Part shown: piece after piece, positions 42,757 to 57,256 of the stretch
Position numbering within the stretch: the first letter of the stretch is position 1
How the letters are laid out: each line of letters opens with the position of its first letter
Assembly: GCF_009914755.1 (NCBI RefSeq)
Contig: NC_060925.1
Strand: one strand, 5' to 3'
DNA from: the human T2T-CHM13v2.0 reference genome, Homo sapiens
Length of the DNA stretch: 64,000 nt
The notes under the pieces: model-generated
Database searches by the model: none
Told to the model about the DNA's origin: nothing
What the model saw: the letters and a program-made list of their open reading frames with translations, nothing else
Program-made: the position numbers and the translations under genes

Positions 42757-44259
42757 CACAAAAGTAACCAAAACTCTGACTGCACAACAGGAAGCCTGGC
42801 CTGCATTCATGTTTTTCTTCACAAAGGGACATTTTTTTAATTTCTTTGTCTCAGTACCTCTATTTTGAACATTAGTAATAGGCTATATGGACCTCGAGCT
42901 CACAGGAAATTCTGGCAGATAACAGGCTTCCCAGAATAGATATATTAAGTTATAAAAAAATAAAAAAATGAGGCAGACGGTATAGGTTTTTCATACCTAC
43001 TGGCAGGTGGCACAGAACTAAATGTTGGAGCATTTTTATAAGCAAGATTAAATTGACTCATGACAGCTGGTCACTAAAATACAGGAAGTGCAGATCTGGT
43101 TGAAAGCGAGAACACACTGGTGTTCGTAAAGTTTGCATCACAGACTAGAGCTCACTTTTTCTTTTAAGTCTGCCTTAGCGACACCCTTATTTGGCAATGT
43201 CTGCCATTTATCACTTGCACACAAGTAGATGTTCAAGGAACACGCAGGTCAATTAGTTCTATCTGCAGTGCTTAGGTATGAGTACTGTGGGTGTAAACAG
43301 AATCGGTGAATAGACTTGGCTCTCGAGAACATCAGACATGTGACTGCTAGCAGAGCCTTTTCGGTCTCCACTTGTCCAGTCCTCCCCTGCCTAAAGCGAC
43401 AGGATAAATAGACGTGGGAGCTGGATGGCCATGGGAATGGATAATGAATCTGTCAGAGACAAGTGGGACGTCACAGAAGTCTGCCCTCTACACATCGTGA
43501 GGCCGGAGGTCACAGCACCAGGAATTGACAGCAATCTCCCAGCATTGTGAAATGTTTTTGTTTTTTTGTTTTTTTTCTGGCAAGGGCTCTAAATCACAGG
43601 TTTTCACATCTGATTGGAATGGGGCTGGTGAGGATAAACTGAGTTGTGGAAAATGAAAGGGAGTCCTCTCCAAACAAAGGAAGTGTCCTGGTGCCTCACC
43701 CTCTACTTGCAGTGTTCAGCCCCAGCACAGCAATTGTTACACTGACTAAGCAAAGACAGCCCAAAAGCTTCACCAGATGTGAAGTTACAGTTTTAGCCAA
43801 CGTTCAAGCAATGCCCTTCCTCCAACTTCAGCTGGACCAGGGTGGCCATCCTTGCATGAGACATTAAAGCTAAAAGAGGCACATTTCAGAATAATTACGC
43901 TATGCAAATGCTTTGTTTTTTTCTCTCCCCTGAGCTGTGTTCTTTTCCTAGGTCTTTCAAACATTGTTTAAGAAGCTCTTGTTTTGGGTTTCAGTCATCT
44001 GATGAATCCCCTGGAGTTTAAATGAAATTAAACTGGGTTTATGATATCTCACAAATTTCATAGCGTCTCCTTTCTCCAATGTAGTGTAAGTTATGAAAAC
44101 CAACAATTAGGGCATGTGGCAGTTTTCAACACACATCATGGAGTGTTTAATTTAGTACAATGTCTATTAATTTTTCATTAATTAGTCCATTGTCAAATTA
44201 GACACAGTAGAACATGCATATGACATTCCTGCTTTCAGGAAGCTTACTTTATTATCATT

Positions 44260-46330
44260 TGTCTTAATCGTCTAAGTTTTCAAGCACTTATTATGTGCCA
44301 AGAACAGCAACACACACTAGGGATATTACAATAAATAAAGCAGACATGACTGCTGCCTCCCAGGAACTTATCCTCTAGTGAGGATGACAGAATAAGCAAT
44401 TAAAATACAGTCTACAGTCTATAGCAAAGATGCTATGGGTTTTATTATGCAACCAGCCTTGCCTTATGTCATAGGAGCACACAGAAAAGGCATCCTGGTG
44501 GACCAGAGAAACATTCCAACTATGGGCAGATATTTTTTGTATACCAGAAAGGAGCCAGCCACTGACATATACAGGTTAATATCTGAAGGGAAGAATTATC
44601 CTGATCAAAGAGGTAGGAATAGGAGAGTAGAATGCTGTAGGCAGAAGAAACAGCTTATAAGAGTACCTGAAGGCAAAGCTTGAAGAACTAAGTGTAGAGT
44701 TAGGAGTGGTACAAATGAAGCTGGAAAAGGGGCAAGAGATAAATTGCAAAATGAACTTGCAAGCCATGTAACAGAGCTTGGACTCTATCCTGAAAATAAT
44801 GGGAAATCTTACAATGGTTCTATTCCAGAAGTGACCCAAAATATATTTGTGTAAAAAAATATTTGGACTATTGTGTTGAGATTGGGTAGAGAGGGGCATG
44901 CCTGGAGCACAAAATTCTGTTTAGAAGTTCTTGTAATAAACCAGATCAAAGATGATGATCACAGCTAAGAAAGTGATTGTTGCTAGAACTGTATGGATTG
45001 GAAAGAGAATCAAGGAAGAGTGCATTAGTCCATTTGCACAGCTATAAAGAAATACCTAAGACCTGGTAATTTATAAAGGAAAGAAGCTTATTTTGGCTTA
45101 CAGTTCTGTAAGCTGTGTACAAGAAGCGTGATGCCTGCATCTGCTCAGTTTCTGATGAGGGCCTCAGGAAGCTTCCACTCATGGTGGAAGGCAAAGGGGA
45201 AGTTGACATGTCACATGGCAAGAGCAGGAACAAGAATGGGGGAGGGAGGTACCACACTTTTTAAACCGCCAGATCTTGCAAAAACTCATGGAGGGAGAAC
45301 TCAGTCATTACCACAATGAGGGCACCAAGCCTTCATGAGAGATCTGCCCTCATGACTCCAATACCTCCCATCAGGTCCCTCCCTAGCATTGGAGATCACA
45401 TTTCAACATGAGATTTGGAGGGGACAAAATATCCAAACCATATCAAAGAGGAATCTCAGGGCATGGTGAGAGACTGACTAATGCCAGATTAGATGTGGTA
45501 GGAAAAGGAGAGGGATACATCATTCTTGCCTAACTGGGTGGAAGATGGTACAATTTACTAAGAAAGCACAGAAGGAAGAATGGGTGAGGCAGGAAGCCAA
45601 AGAGTTTAGTTTGGGGACATATTGAGTTAAGTATGTCCAGGAGGCATTTTGATGAATAAGTCTGAAGCCTGGGAGAGAGATCTGAGATGGAGATACAGAG
45701 CCCAGACTTACCAGCATTTTGATTAGATATTCTTCATGTGGTGTAATGGAGGGAGGGGGCTCTATGGACCCCAGTGGGTAACAGAGAATCTTCGAATATC
45801 CTAAAGTGTTTTCACACTTTGAGCTTCCTTTAAATATATTTATTTGGGGTGGGGAAGATGATGTGAATTTGCTTTAAAAGGTTTGTAATGCGAAGGAAGT
45901 TAAGGAGTGCAGACAAAGATTGAAGGGACAACTAGATAAGAGTGCGCAAGGAGAGTGAGCTGGCTGTGCTAGGCCAGAACCCAGAGAACAGCATGTGTAG
46001 TCAACAGGCTGAAGAGGTTCCTGAAAACGAGCTTGGGTATCCAGAGGGGAGAGTGTCAGGGGAGAGGGAGTGGTCCAGAGTCCCAGCCCCTGAGGAAACA
46101 AATAAGGCATGGAAAAGTATCCATTGGATTTTCAACAAGGAGGTCGTGGGTGATTTGACAAGGGAGGCTGTGGACATTTGGAAGGACTGAGTGAGTGGGA
46201 GATGAGAGAATGGAGATGGCAAGTATAGGAAACTCAAGAAGGGAGGGGAGAGGACTTAGGAGGTAGCTAGAGAAGATGACCAAATGCACAGCAGGTATTT
46301 CCTCACCTTAAGATGGGAGAGGCTTGTGCA
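44260..46330 (-). mobile_element. L2 fragments interrupted by an MST LTR
   Basis: caagcacttattatgtgcca...tgctgcctcccaggaacttat...gagtttagtttggggacatattgag. Confidence 0.7.
45021..45445 (-). mobile_element. MSTB-like solo LTR
   Basis: TG...CA ends; perfect TSD aagag at 45016-45020 and 45446-45450. Confidence 0.92.
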
Positions 46331-47542
46331 ATGAGTGAGAAAATTTATAAGTATGAAAAGCCTTTAGTAACAACCTATCCAAGCACACGGACACATTTAA
46401 GGAAATCAGAAGAGTAGAACTCAGGGTTATGTACAGTGGTCAGGATGGATTCAGGTTATGAATTGAGTTGAGCCTTGAATGGTTAATAAGCTTTAGGACA
46501 GCTGAGAATGAGCCATTAATTGGAAGAAATCTGAGAAAAAATAAGACTAAACATTCATCTATTCTCCTTTTACCTCCTTTTATTATTCAAAGAATATCTT
46601 CTCAGCTAATATAATGTCTTTAGAATGGAAATTGCCTGTAACTCAGAGTGACTACAAGTATGAAAGTATTAACAGTTACAAGATACATAATCCAATTTAC
46701 AATTACTCCTTGCATTCTTGATCTTCACGCAGGAAACCAGCATATTCTTTGGGATCACATTGTTCAATTTCCTCATTTGGAATTTTTAACACCAGATATG
46801 GTGCTAAATCAGTATAAGCTGGTGCTTCTATCACTTAGGTTTTAAACATCCTCCGTATATAGAAACACACCCATAAATAAAGGTGTTAATGTTGGAAGGA
46901 GAAAGATGCTTTAATAAGCAACCTAGCACAAGTAATTCCCTGCATATAGGAGATTATTATAGGACCTAGCTCATAATTAAACATTGCCTATTTAACTGAA
47001 TTATTTTTTATCTTACCTTTTTAAGGAATATACAAATGTTCATTTTCAAAGGTGACATTTATGTGTCTAAGTTGAACAAGCTTATTATAATTCATAAGTA
47101 CACAGAGAACAGATTGTAGCAAGAAGTATTAAACATTGTAATAGACCCCCGAGAAAGCTGTAGCTTGGTCTTCCCAGACAGGTTTGAGTAGATGGTGATT
47201 GCTTTAGGACTACACCTTTTAGTTAAAAGAGAGCCCAACAGCTTTCAGTAATAGTCTTAACCATTCCTTTTTTTCCTTGCCGTAAGTATGGGTCAGTGTT
47301 CCAGAAAGATTATGGAGGCACTAAAGAAAAACTTGGCCATTGCTATACAGACATTAGAGAAGCCAACATGGTTGTTAAGGAGTCTTATCTTCCTACCTAA
47401 GAAAGAGCATTCTGTTCTTTTTCCCATTCATGGCATTTGGCCCAAGAGAAAAATAAAATAAAATAAAATACTATAATATTTTTTGGTCTTTATGAAACTT
47501 GATTTTCTATATTTTTGTCCTAGTTCCTGGAAGAGGCCATGT

Positions 47543-47606
47543 TTCTCTCTCACACACACACACATAAACACACACACACACACACTGTCAATCTCTCTCT
47601 CTCTCT
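47543..47606. repeat. (CT)n(CA)n(CT)n compound microsatellite
   Basis: Read directly. Confidence 0.9.
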
Positions 47607-48686
47607 GGTTCTGATTCAGACCTATCTTGGTTCTCTACCCCTGCCCAGGCTGGATGCCCAGGTTCTCTCCTATGTGTGGACCATCTCTTCCCACATACAT
47701 TATTCTGACCTCTGGTTGTGGCCATTCTGTCAATGTAGGTTTTACCTTTCCAGAGGATATGGTGTGATACAGTTTATATCCTGCTGCCTCAACAAATATC
47801 AAGTTAGCCACTGCAATTTTATAGTCAAAGACTTCGGGCATTGGGATGTATTTTTGTGGAAATTGCATATTCCATTGTTGCCTCTCATATATCATGGCTT
47901 TATTCATAGGCAGCAAAGGCCAGGCCTTGGCTAATGACTTCCAAACCCTGCCACATGAAGGATTTTTTTTTCTCCTTTAGGATTCTAGGCATTTTTAATT
48001 AGAGTCATTTGGCCTGTTTCTGAGAGCCCTTTGTGATTCTCCGATTTGCTGTGAGTGGGATGTCTGAGGATTACTGTGTCTCACCCCCCTTCGGGTCTGT
48101 TAGCAGCCTTGGTGGAAAATCTCTTCTGATCTGAGGAAATGTCATTTTAGAGTGCAGAATGAGAACACTTGATTATAATTTCTTGGGTTTCTAAGAATAA
48201 GTCTGAATAGCAAATTATTTTAATGGTTATCTTCCTTTTTAAACAAATAAGAATTGTCTTAACGATTTAAAGAAAAAAGATAACATTGTTCTTTAAACCC
48301 AAACGAAGCCCAGATGAAATTGTCATAGATCTGTTAATATCACAAAAAGACCTTTTCCTAAATGACAGTATTTTGGAACCTGTTGGGAACCCCTTGATTT
48401 TGGAGCACAGTTATCTTGCGGGAGCTTCAGGCCCCCACTGACTTGACTGCTATTCGGCTTTCTCAATGTACAGTGTAAGGACAGACTACATTGTAACAAC
48501 CCTGCCCCCTGCAAACGGCTCTTTTGGGGAAGATTCTGAGGGCTGGGCCTGCAAATCTATCTCTTACTAAATGCCTCTGTGTATCACTAAAGCACTGCAT
48601 GGTTTGAGGAGACAAATCAGGGAAGCCTCAGTGGTCACCAAGACCAACTTATCTGACAATGAACTCTTTGTCTCTCCTCTGCCCAG

Positions 48687-48859
48687 GTGCAAGTGTAATC
48701 TCCATGCCACTGTATGTGTGTATGACAACAGCAAATTGACATGCGAATGTGAGCACAACACTACAGGTCCAGACTGTGGGAAATGCAAGAAGAATTATCA
48801 GGGCCGACCTTGGAGTCCAGGCTCCTATCTCCCCATCCCCAAAGGCACTGCAAATACCT
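48687..48859 (+). CDS. NTNG1: Netrin-G1 internal coding exon (173 nt), laminin-type EGF (LE1) module
   Basis: Translates as [57 protein letters not shown](C), an 8-Cys LE pattern recognised as netrin-G1. Acceptor tctctcctctgcccag|G (AG 48685-48686), donor CCT|gtgagt (48860). Phase 2 in, phase 1 out. N-glycosylation sequon NTT. Confidence 0.97.
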
Positions 48860-50954
48860 GTGAGTAACTTTGCTTGGTAACAGCATATTCTGTGCACCAT
48901 GAGGTGATAGTTCCTCTCAATTTTGCTTACAATTGTGATTTTATTCCTCTTACCAGTTGTCTCATTCTTCTTTAAAGTGCAGCGAAAGTTTCAGTCCCTA
49001 TCTTACCTCATGTAGACATCTTTTAGCACTCTGATCATCAGTAAAATTCAGTCATCTAACATTCACATCAAATGTGTTGGGAAATGATACTTGACATCAC
49101 AGAAGGAATTTTTTATAAGTGGATGAGACAGGAGGTGATTTTTTTCCTCCCCCAAATTAATTTCCTATTAAAATATCAAAGGCCTTGTAAACTCTCAATC
49201 CTAATTTAATTTTAGCCATAAACAATTTACAGAAATTATTTGAATGTTTACAGCCCCATTTCCCCTACTGAGTATCCTGAGAGATGCTTTGTCCAGAATA
49301 TTTCTCCCCACTACAGTTTTAGCTAGGACCTAACTTTGCCTTGTGAAAAGTTTGGCTGTTTCCAAACTCCAGCAATTGAAACATACCTGCTTTGGATCCT
49401 GTGTGTAGAGGCCCCGTTTGGATAAAGAGCATGACTGTAGGCCTGTGGGGACCACATTAAGAAAAAAGATTTTTCTACGCATGTGAAAGAGTGCAAGCAT
49501 TATCCGCGTTTACAGAAACCATCTGTGTGCCCCCACTGAAATCCCTGATTCCCCATAGGAAAACAGGCTCTGACATGCTCACAGAGAAATGTGATTATTT
49601 GCTGAATAATTCGCCCAATTCCATGGATGGACCAATTAACTACCTGCAACAGCCCAAGGTTTGCACTCTTTAAAAAGTAGAGAAAGGGGGAGATTAGAAT
49701 GTCCCCATTCAGTGAGAACTAACAGAAGCAGCCGGACAGTGAGCACAGGAGAATCAGAACTTGAGAAGCCACTGCTTCCGTAGAAGGGTAAGAATGTTAT
49801 CAGGCACTTCAAAGCAGCAGCTGTGAGAAACCAAACCTAAGAACTAGTATCATAGGAACCAGGACTTTATCAAGTTAAACGTAAGAGTAATGGACCAAGT
49901 AACAAACCATGAAGTATGGGGGCATGAAATTATGATAACATTTCTATGAAGCAGAAAGAAATCCTTCAAAAGGTTTAAAAAAATCCCTCTTTGTAAGGGT
50001 ATTCAGTTGCTTTCAGTGTTAAAGAAAAAAAACTTGACTTCTTGCTCCTAAAATTAATACATTAATGCTCTGTTGAGCAGAAACGTGGATGTTTCAAGGT
50101 GATTTTATTGATGGAGACTCTGTGGCCTTTCCTCAATTGTTGAGGGCCACAGACTCATGAATTTGAAAGGGATCTTGCAAGGTTATTTATTGCAATACCC
50201 TGTGGCTGGCTACCTAAGAACTCCTATGACCCCAGTTGTCAAATTTAGTTTAAAGCTTTCCTAAAGTAAAAATGGCTCAGATTTCCTCTTTAATGTCTGC
50301 TCCTTCTTTAGTAGAAAAGGCTGGAAGAGTGTGATGTTCACAAACACTTCCTGGCATTCTGGCTTGTCCTCAGGGCAGGTCAGCTTGCCAAGACCACTGG
50401 AGAGGCAGCAGGGGAAGGCTGCTGTTGAAGCCCTCAGCTTCTATTCTAACGTGACCTTGTTCTTCTACCCGTAACTGTACTTTGAAGTTTTTATTTCAAG
50501 ACATTTTCACTGGAAAGACTTTCTTGTTTCATCCAAGCTTTCGCATTGAAACTGATTTCTTGTTATTCTCTTGTTATAATCATCATGGAAATGTCTCCTA
50601 CCCCGAATCCTTTGCATATTGAAGATCACCAAGTCACTTTCTGACCAAAGGAATGAAACTTCTTTCAGTTTTCCTTGTAGGTCCAATTGTCCACCTATCC
50701 CTTAGTTTTACTGGTTTTCTGTATACATTTTGGACGTTTTTCCTCATTGATGTTAAAATAGGCAGGTGATGGATGGACCCAGTGTCCAAAGGGGTTCAAT
50801 TCAATATTCCAATCATCAGCATGGCAGAAATTAGATGAAGGGTTTTAGAAACTATCTGCAGATCTGCAGTGGTCCAGTCTTGCAATGGGAATAACCCCTT
50901 TGACTAAATCTCTGACACATCAGACTCTGCTTTAAAGCATCTGAGGATGGAAGT

Positions 50955-51185
50955 AAGCAGTTTAGTAGTTTAGTGCACAGACTCCAGGCTGGAATCCCAG
51001 TTTCTCCATTTACTAGCTGTGTGACCTTGAAAAAGTAAGCTAACCTCTCCAACACTGTTTCCCATCTCTAATGCGAGGATAATAACAGTTATTACCTCCT
51101 GTGGATTTTTAGATGGTTGACTAAGCTAACGCATGTCATATGTTTAGCCTAACACCTGTCACAAAATAAGCATTCAAAAAATAAT
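50955..51185 (+). mobile_element. MIR, near full length
   Basis: ccatttactagctgtgtgaccttg...gtttcccatct...ggataataacagtt. Confidence 0.85.
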
Positions 51186-51722
51186 TTATTTTTAGTTTTT
51201 TTCATAAGACAGTCTTGTCCATTGTTGGACAGTTTTAACTGGTATAAAAGTTACTTCTTATCAAACCTTTTTTTTTTTTCTTTTTAAGTAGTAAAGGAAG
51301 TATATCGACCCTGGCTTTATTTCTTCCCCAGATTAACCATTATCGACTCCAATTCTTATGTGCTAATGTTTTCATGTCCTTTACCTGGTTGCCTGCTCTG
51401 GAAGTCCTCTAATTCATTAGTGTAGTACTTCCAGCCAAGCACAGGACCTTCAGCAGTTTTATGATTCTCACTTCATATTGGCTTTTTCTTACACATATGC
51501 ATACAGGTACACACACACACACACTCACATGACTCTAGTGGGTACGTTACAAGTCAGTTATCTATGAGGGATACTTAGGATATATCATCCCCTAACATAA
51601 CACAAAAGCTACAACTTCTGGTCCCTCAAAATCAACTTTTCAGGGACCTAGAAATGCCACTCATCCTGGATAATCTCTAGATTTAGCAGAATATCAAGTA
51701 GCCAGGATATTTTTCAAATAGG

Positions 51723-51830
51723 ATGACGAGTTAGTGGGTGCAGTGCACCAGCATGGCACATGTATACATATGTAACTAACCTGCACAATGTGCACATGTA
51801 CCCTAAAACTTAAAGTATAATAAAAAAAAA
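51723..51830 (+). mobile_element. Young L1 (L1PA2-like) 3' terminal ~100 nt
   Basis: gacgagttagtgggtgcag...ctgcacaatgtgcacatgtaccctaaaacttaaagtataat plus A tail; TSD aaataggatg at 51716-51725 and 51828-51837. Confidence 0.93.
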
Positions 51831-53879
51831 TAGGATGGTCAGTTTCTGTTCACCTTCACAAGTTTTAACAGAACAACTGGGAGGTCTTAAATTAAGTCAG
51901 GGAATGACAATATTCTTCCCCAAGACACTCAGCCCACCACTCAGGGATACCATAGATGGGAACTTGCTGGGAGTCATTTGGCTTTGGAGGTCCTCTATTC
52001 TGGAGCAGTTCAAGACCACTGTTGTATGAAACATGTAGAGCTAAGCAGAAGTGTCAGAAGGCCAACATTCTAAAATATAGCCACCCCAGTCTGTGAGACA
52101 CACCACATTTCCCTATGCTTTTCATGACAATAAACTTGACAGAGGCAGAGTAACTTTTGTGATATTTTTATTCATCATGCTTTTATTCAAGACCCAGTGT
52201 GTTTTCTTGGACTTTTAAAGCCATGCACATGTATATCAAAATCTTTTCTTTCTTTTTCTACAAAGCTTATGTTTTATAGAAAAGACATTTTTCTTCTCCT
52301 TATTGATCTTCATTCTTTTTTGATAGAATTCTATTTTGGATGTCCTTTGAATTTTATTTCTGTCTTCCAAGTAATAGCAATTCTGTCCAACTTCATGCTT
52401 AATTATGATTCTCTTGATTCCCCATTGTCCAGCTCATGAATAAAAGTATTAAATAACTCTTTAAACTCTGATCCCTATGGAATAACACATGTTTTTCTAT
52501 ATATAGATGCTAAAAGCTTAATAATCACTATGTAGGAATCCTAACTTCAGCAAATATAATATTATACCTATACCTCTCCTTCTCTGGCTATGTTCTATGA
52601 CCCATAAAAGCACTCCATGGCCAGCTAAGTCTGAAAAATGCTGTATACTATACTGACTATTCATATTACATTACTATAATAGAAACATTTGAAAAGTCCT
52701 ACAATAAAACAACCTATTTTACCCAATGTTTCTCAAACTTATTTGCTCCATGGACCATTCAATAACTTTCTATAAAACACTCTTATGGGGACATGCTGAG
52801 CTAAACAGTTTCTTGCAGCCTAGCCATAGAAATGTCATGGAGATAGACAGAAAACTGAGCAAGTTCAGCTGTATTCAATCTTTTCCTTTTCTCTTACCCA
52901 CATGGTCTAATTGTCTTCAAAGAAAGAAAATCAAATTGGTCTGACTTTGACATTATTTGTTCATAAATCTAACTTGAATTGTTACACAATATCTAGGGGT
53001 CCTCTGAGTGATGGAAAGTAATTTGATGATTGTTCTATTATTTTCTCTGGTATCAAGTTTGCATTGACCAATTTATATTTTCCCAGGTGTACACATGTAT
53101 GTGTCCTTATCCAGACAATTTCCTAAGTGCTTTATATACATTAGTCCATTCTAAACTCAAAATAGTCTTACAAGGCAAATACTACTATTTTAATTTTAAA
53201 CACATGGAATATTGTGATTTCAGAGGAAAAAGATCTGTTTAAGGTTTGCACAGCTAGAAAGGGTTAAAGGGAGGATTTGAATCCAGGTGGGTCTTGACTC
53301 TGAGGACTGCACATTGCACTGTATTGCTGATCAAGTTAAATTTGGATGACTTTCTCTGTCCTCCACTGGGATTTAGGCTCCATTTCAATGCCTATTTGAA
53401 CAAGTCAGTTTTCTCTAAACCTGCCCTCTTCCTTCATCTCTGCCTGTTATTTTTCTGCCTTCAAAGATTCCCCTTCTATTAGTCTTTTAAATCTCCATGT
53501 TCCCCACCCCGGCTGTTCTCAGTCTACAATTTTTTCTTGACATTCTAGCCTATTCTTGTGGTTTTAGATCTTAGTATTATTGATTTAGTCGTAATCAACC
53601 AATTCTAACTTCAATCTTTCTAATAAATTCAGAAAAATTTTTCAGCTGTCAGTAAAGATCTCAAAGTCAATATGCTAGATACTAAATTCATTTCTTTCCC
53701 CTAAAGCATTTTTCTCTTCACTCTATATTGAAATTCTGCTCATTTTTCAAGACTGCTCCTCAATGCCTCATTGAAGCCTACCTAGACTCTCCTATGCAAA
53801 ATCAATTACTTCTGTCTCTCTCTCAAATATTGATAATGTGTGTAGATTTACAACTGGTCAACTATCTTTAGCCAAAATT

Positions 53880-54110
53880 ATTATAATAATGATAGCTACC
53901 ATTTATTAAATTTACTACAGGCTTTTACACTTCATAAAGTACTTTATGCTCTTTATTGGTTTAAATCCCCACAATATCCCCATGAGATATGTACTATTAT
54001 TATCCTCATTTCACAGATAAGGAAATGCAGACACAGAAAGGTTAAGTTGTTCCAAAGTCCCATAGCTAATGTATGACAGAGCAAGATTTAAACTTAGGTC
54101 TGTCTCATTA
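53880..54110 (-). mobile_element. MIR
   Basis: tatcctcatttcacagataaggaaa...ggttaag. Confidence 0.75.
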
Positions 54111-54186
54111 TAGGAACTAAAATGTGAGAAATTTAAGAATAGGTCCATGTTTTATTCTTGGTCTTCATCAACATTTGTGGAATATG

Positions 54187-54485
<299 letters not shown>

Positions 54486-55289
54486 CATTTGTGGAATTAC
54501 TTTTGTGAGTGGATAAGTAAACCTAATAGCCCTGTAATGTGCACGTGGCTACACTGGCTTCCCATTGATATTCTTGTATCTCCTGGAATATGTGGCCTTC
54601 ACAGGTCACCAGCTCCAACACAAGAGCCTTCAATCTCCTACAGGAGAGACCATCTGAGTTCTTGGAGGAACTTTAATGGGAAAAAGTCTCACTGGTGCTC
54701 ATGGCCAATCGAACCATCTAGATAGCATATCGGATGGCGGATTTTCACAGGCCTCCCCGAGGGTTATTTACTGCCTGGGTGGCTTGACTACCAGCCTTTC
54801 TGGCTCAGAATCCTAATTTTGTCAGCGCAGTAAGAGAGGTTCTTCCACATATGTGTATGACCAAGCTGTAGGCCCAGTGTTGAAAACCGGAATACCAAGT
54901 TATTCAGGTACAACCACTGATCTATTGTCTGTGGTCCCTCATCTGACCAGATATGATTTGGAATTCAACATCTTTAGGATTTTACAAAGGTAATACAGTG
55001 CACATATATTACAACAATACCCACAGCAGAATATTAGGCAACACCATTTAATCAAACATTTTAATGTTTCTACAGCAAACATGATTATTCTCAGCAACTG
55101 GGATGAAGTAAGACTATAAATAATACCCTCACACAAGTTTCAGTACAGTTTTGCCACCAAGTTAATTCAGATCACAGTAGGTCATATTGCAGGTACATGT
55201 TGAAAAAAATTTTAATTTTCATAGTTTTTTTTTTTTTTAATTTGAGGGCTGAATAATAAAGTTCAGGGCCTGAAATAAATGGAAAGACA

Positions 55290-55530
55290 GTATAGAACGG
55301 TGGCGATGGGCCTGAATTCTGGTACCTGGACTCTGGGCTCCAGTTTCCTTCCCAACAGACTGAGATGATCTTGGGCAAGTTACTCAGCTTCTATGTGTTT
55401 GAGTTTCCTCCATCTGTAAAATCAGCCTGATTATTGACGTCATAGGATGGTCATAAAAATTAAATGAATTAGTACATGTAAGGCATTTAGACAGTGCCAG
55501 CCACGTAGTAAGCAGCAGTGCAATTACCTG
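55290..55530 (+). mobile_element. MIR
   Basis: gatcttgggcaagttactcagcttct...agtttcctccatctgtaaaat. Confidence 0.8.
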
Positions 55531-56929
55531 CTACAGTCATTATCTTTTCCCTGAGACCCAGCACATAAGCAGCAAATTCTCCCCTTGGAGACAGCAGCTA
55601 TGTAGGGAGATATATTGTGGCCAACTGCCTGTCTATTCAACCACAATATGAAATAACTGTCATGGTGTTCAGATTATTCAAGTCCTTATGGCCAGTGTAT
55701 TATCTTTCCTGTAATTAAGTCTATGTGCAGAGCCAGATAATAATCAGGAGGTTGCTTGGTGAGCATGGGATCAGGAAATTTGAATGACTTGAATGTTAAT
55801 AACATCGGGCTGAAACATCCTGACCCATCCATCCTGCCTCAGGGTCAGCCTTCTTCATGCCAACAGGATACTGAAGGTCTGAAAGTTTGCGGGTTACCAC
55901 TCCCGCTCTTGAGACCATGCTAGGACGGTACTGTCACCATATGTGTCAGGATGCTCCTTTTGTGAGGCTTCCACCTTCTGATTAGCTAGTTCTTCCACTC
56001 TTCAGATATGCTAACATGGTAAGTCAGGTTAATGTCACCTCTGTTGAGTCTGCCACACACACTCAGGCCCCAAGCTCTGCTACTGCTATAAGATGACTGT
56101 AGCCATTTCTGCTTGGATCATTTATATGATGATTTCACAGCATACATCTTTGAAGGTGATCTTATTTCCCTCACTTTCAAGTTTCTGGGAGACAACTCAC
56201 TGCATCTCCTATCAACAGCAGTTTATACTAGGGGCCAGGACTGGAAGAACATTGGAAGTAATTCCTCTGCAATACAAATGAATCTGCAGAATGTTTTCTT
56301 ACTCATTATCTGCGTTTTCTTCAACTTGAAGAAGTTTTTTTGGAGTTAGAATTCCTGATGGCTGCAGTCTGGCTATAAGATCTAGTTACCCACTTGATGG
56401 GTTTTTCAAACCATCTATCACAACAGTGGTAATTTTTCCTCTCAATTTGAAGCATGCCAAATCCTTATCCCTTCTGCTTCCTTCCTGATGAAAAGCCGCT
56501 GAATCTTCCATTGATTCTCAAAAGGAGTTATGGCACTGTATTAATCAGCTTCTGAAGAGGAGGGTATTTATTTTTGAAATCATCATTTTGACTTCCTTAA
56601 GCATAACAGTGTACCCTTAAGTTATTTACTTGGTTGGGGGAGTAGTAAACTTATTTAAAAAGAAGAAAACATCACATTATTATATTGTGTAATTCTACTA
56701 GGTTCTCACCCCCCTAATTGCAGCAGAATATCTTTAAAACAAACGTAAGTGGGAGAAGGAAGGGCTGATTGAGGAAAGAATAATTGCAAGTACCTGCAAG
56801 ACAAGTGCTTTCTCATTTTTTCAGCGTATGGTAGCATAATAGCCCTTTAGCTTACTCAACACGTATGTATTTCTGTGGTTGAAGTGACATTTCTGTTCTA
56901 GAAGAAGCGTTATTATTAAAATAGTACTA

Positions 56930-57256
<327 letters not shown>

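Noticed and set aside
43952-44085. Second possible pseudoexon (ttcttttcctag ... AGT|gtaagt)
   Set aside because: Such site pairs are expected by chance in a long intron; no further support.
48571-48686. N-terminal part of the 98-aa ORF (MPLCITK...SPLP)
   Set aside because: Intronic run-in upstream of the splice acceptor; only 48687-48859 is netrin-G1 coding.
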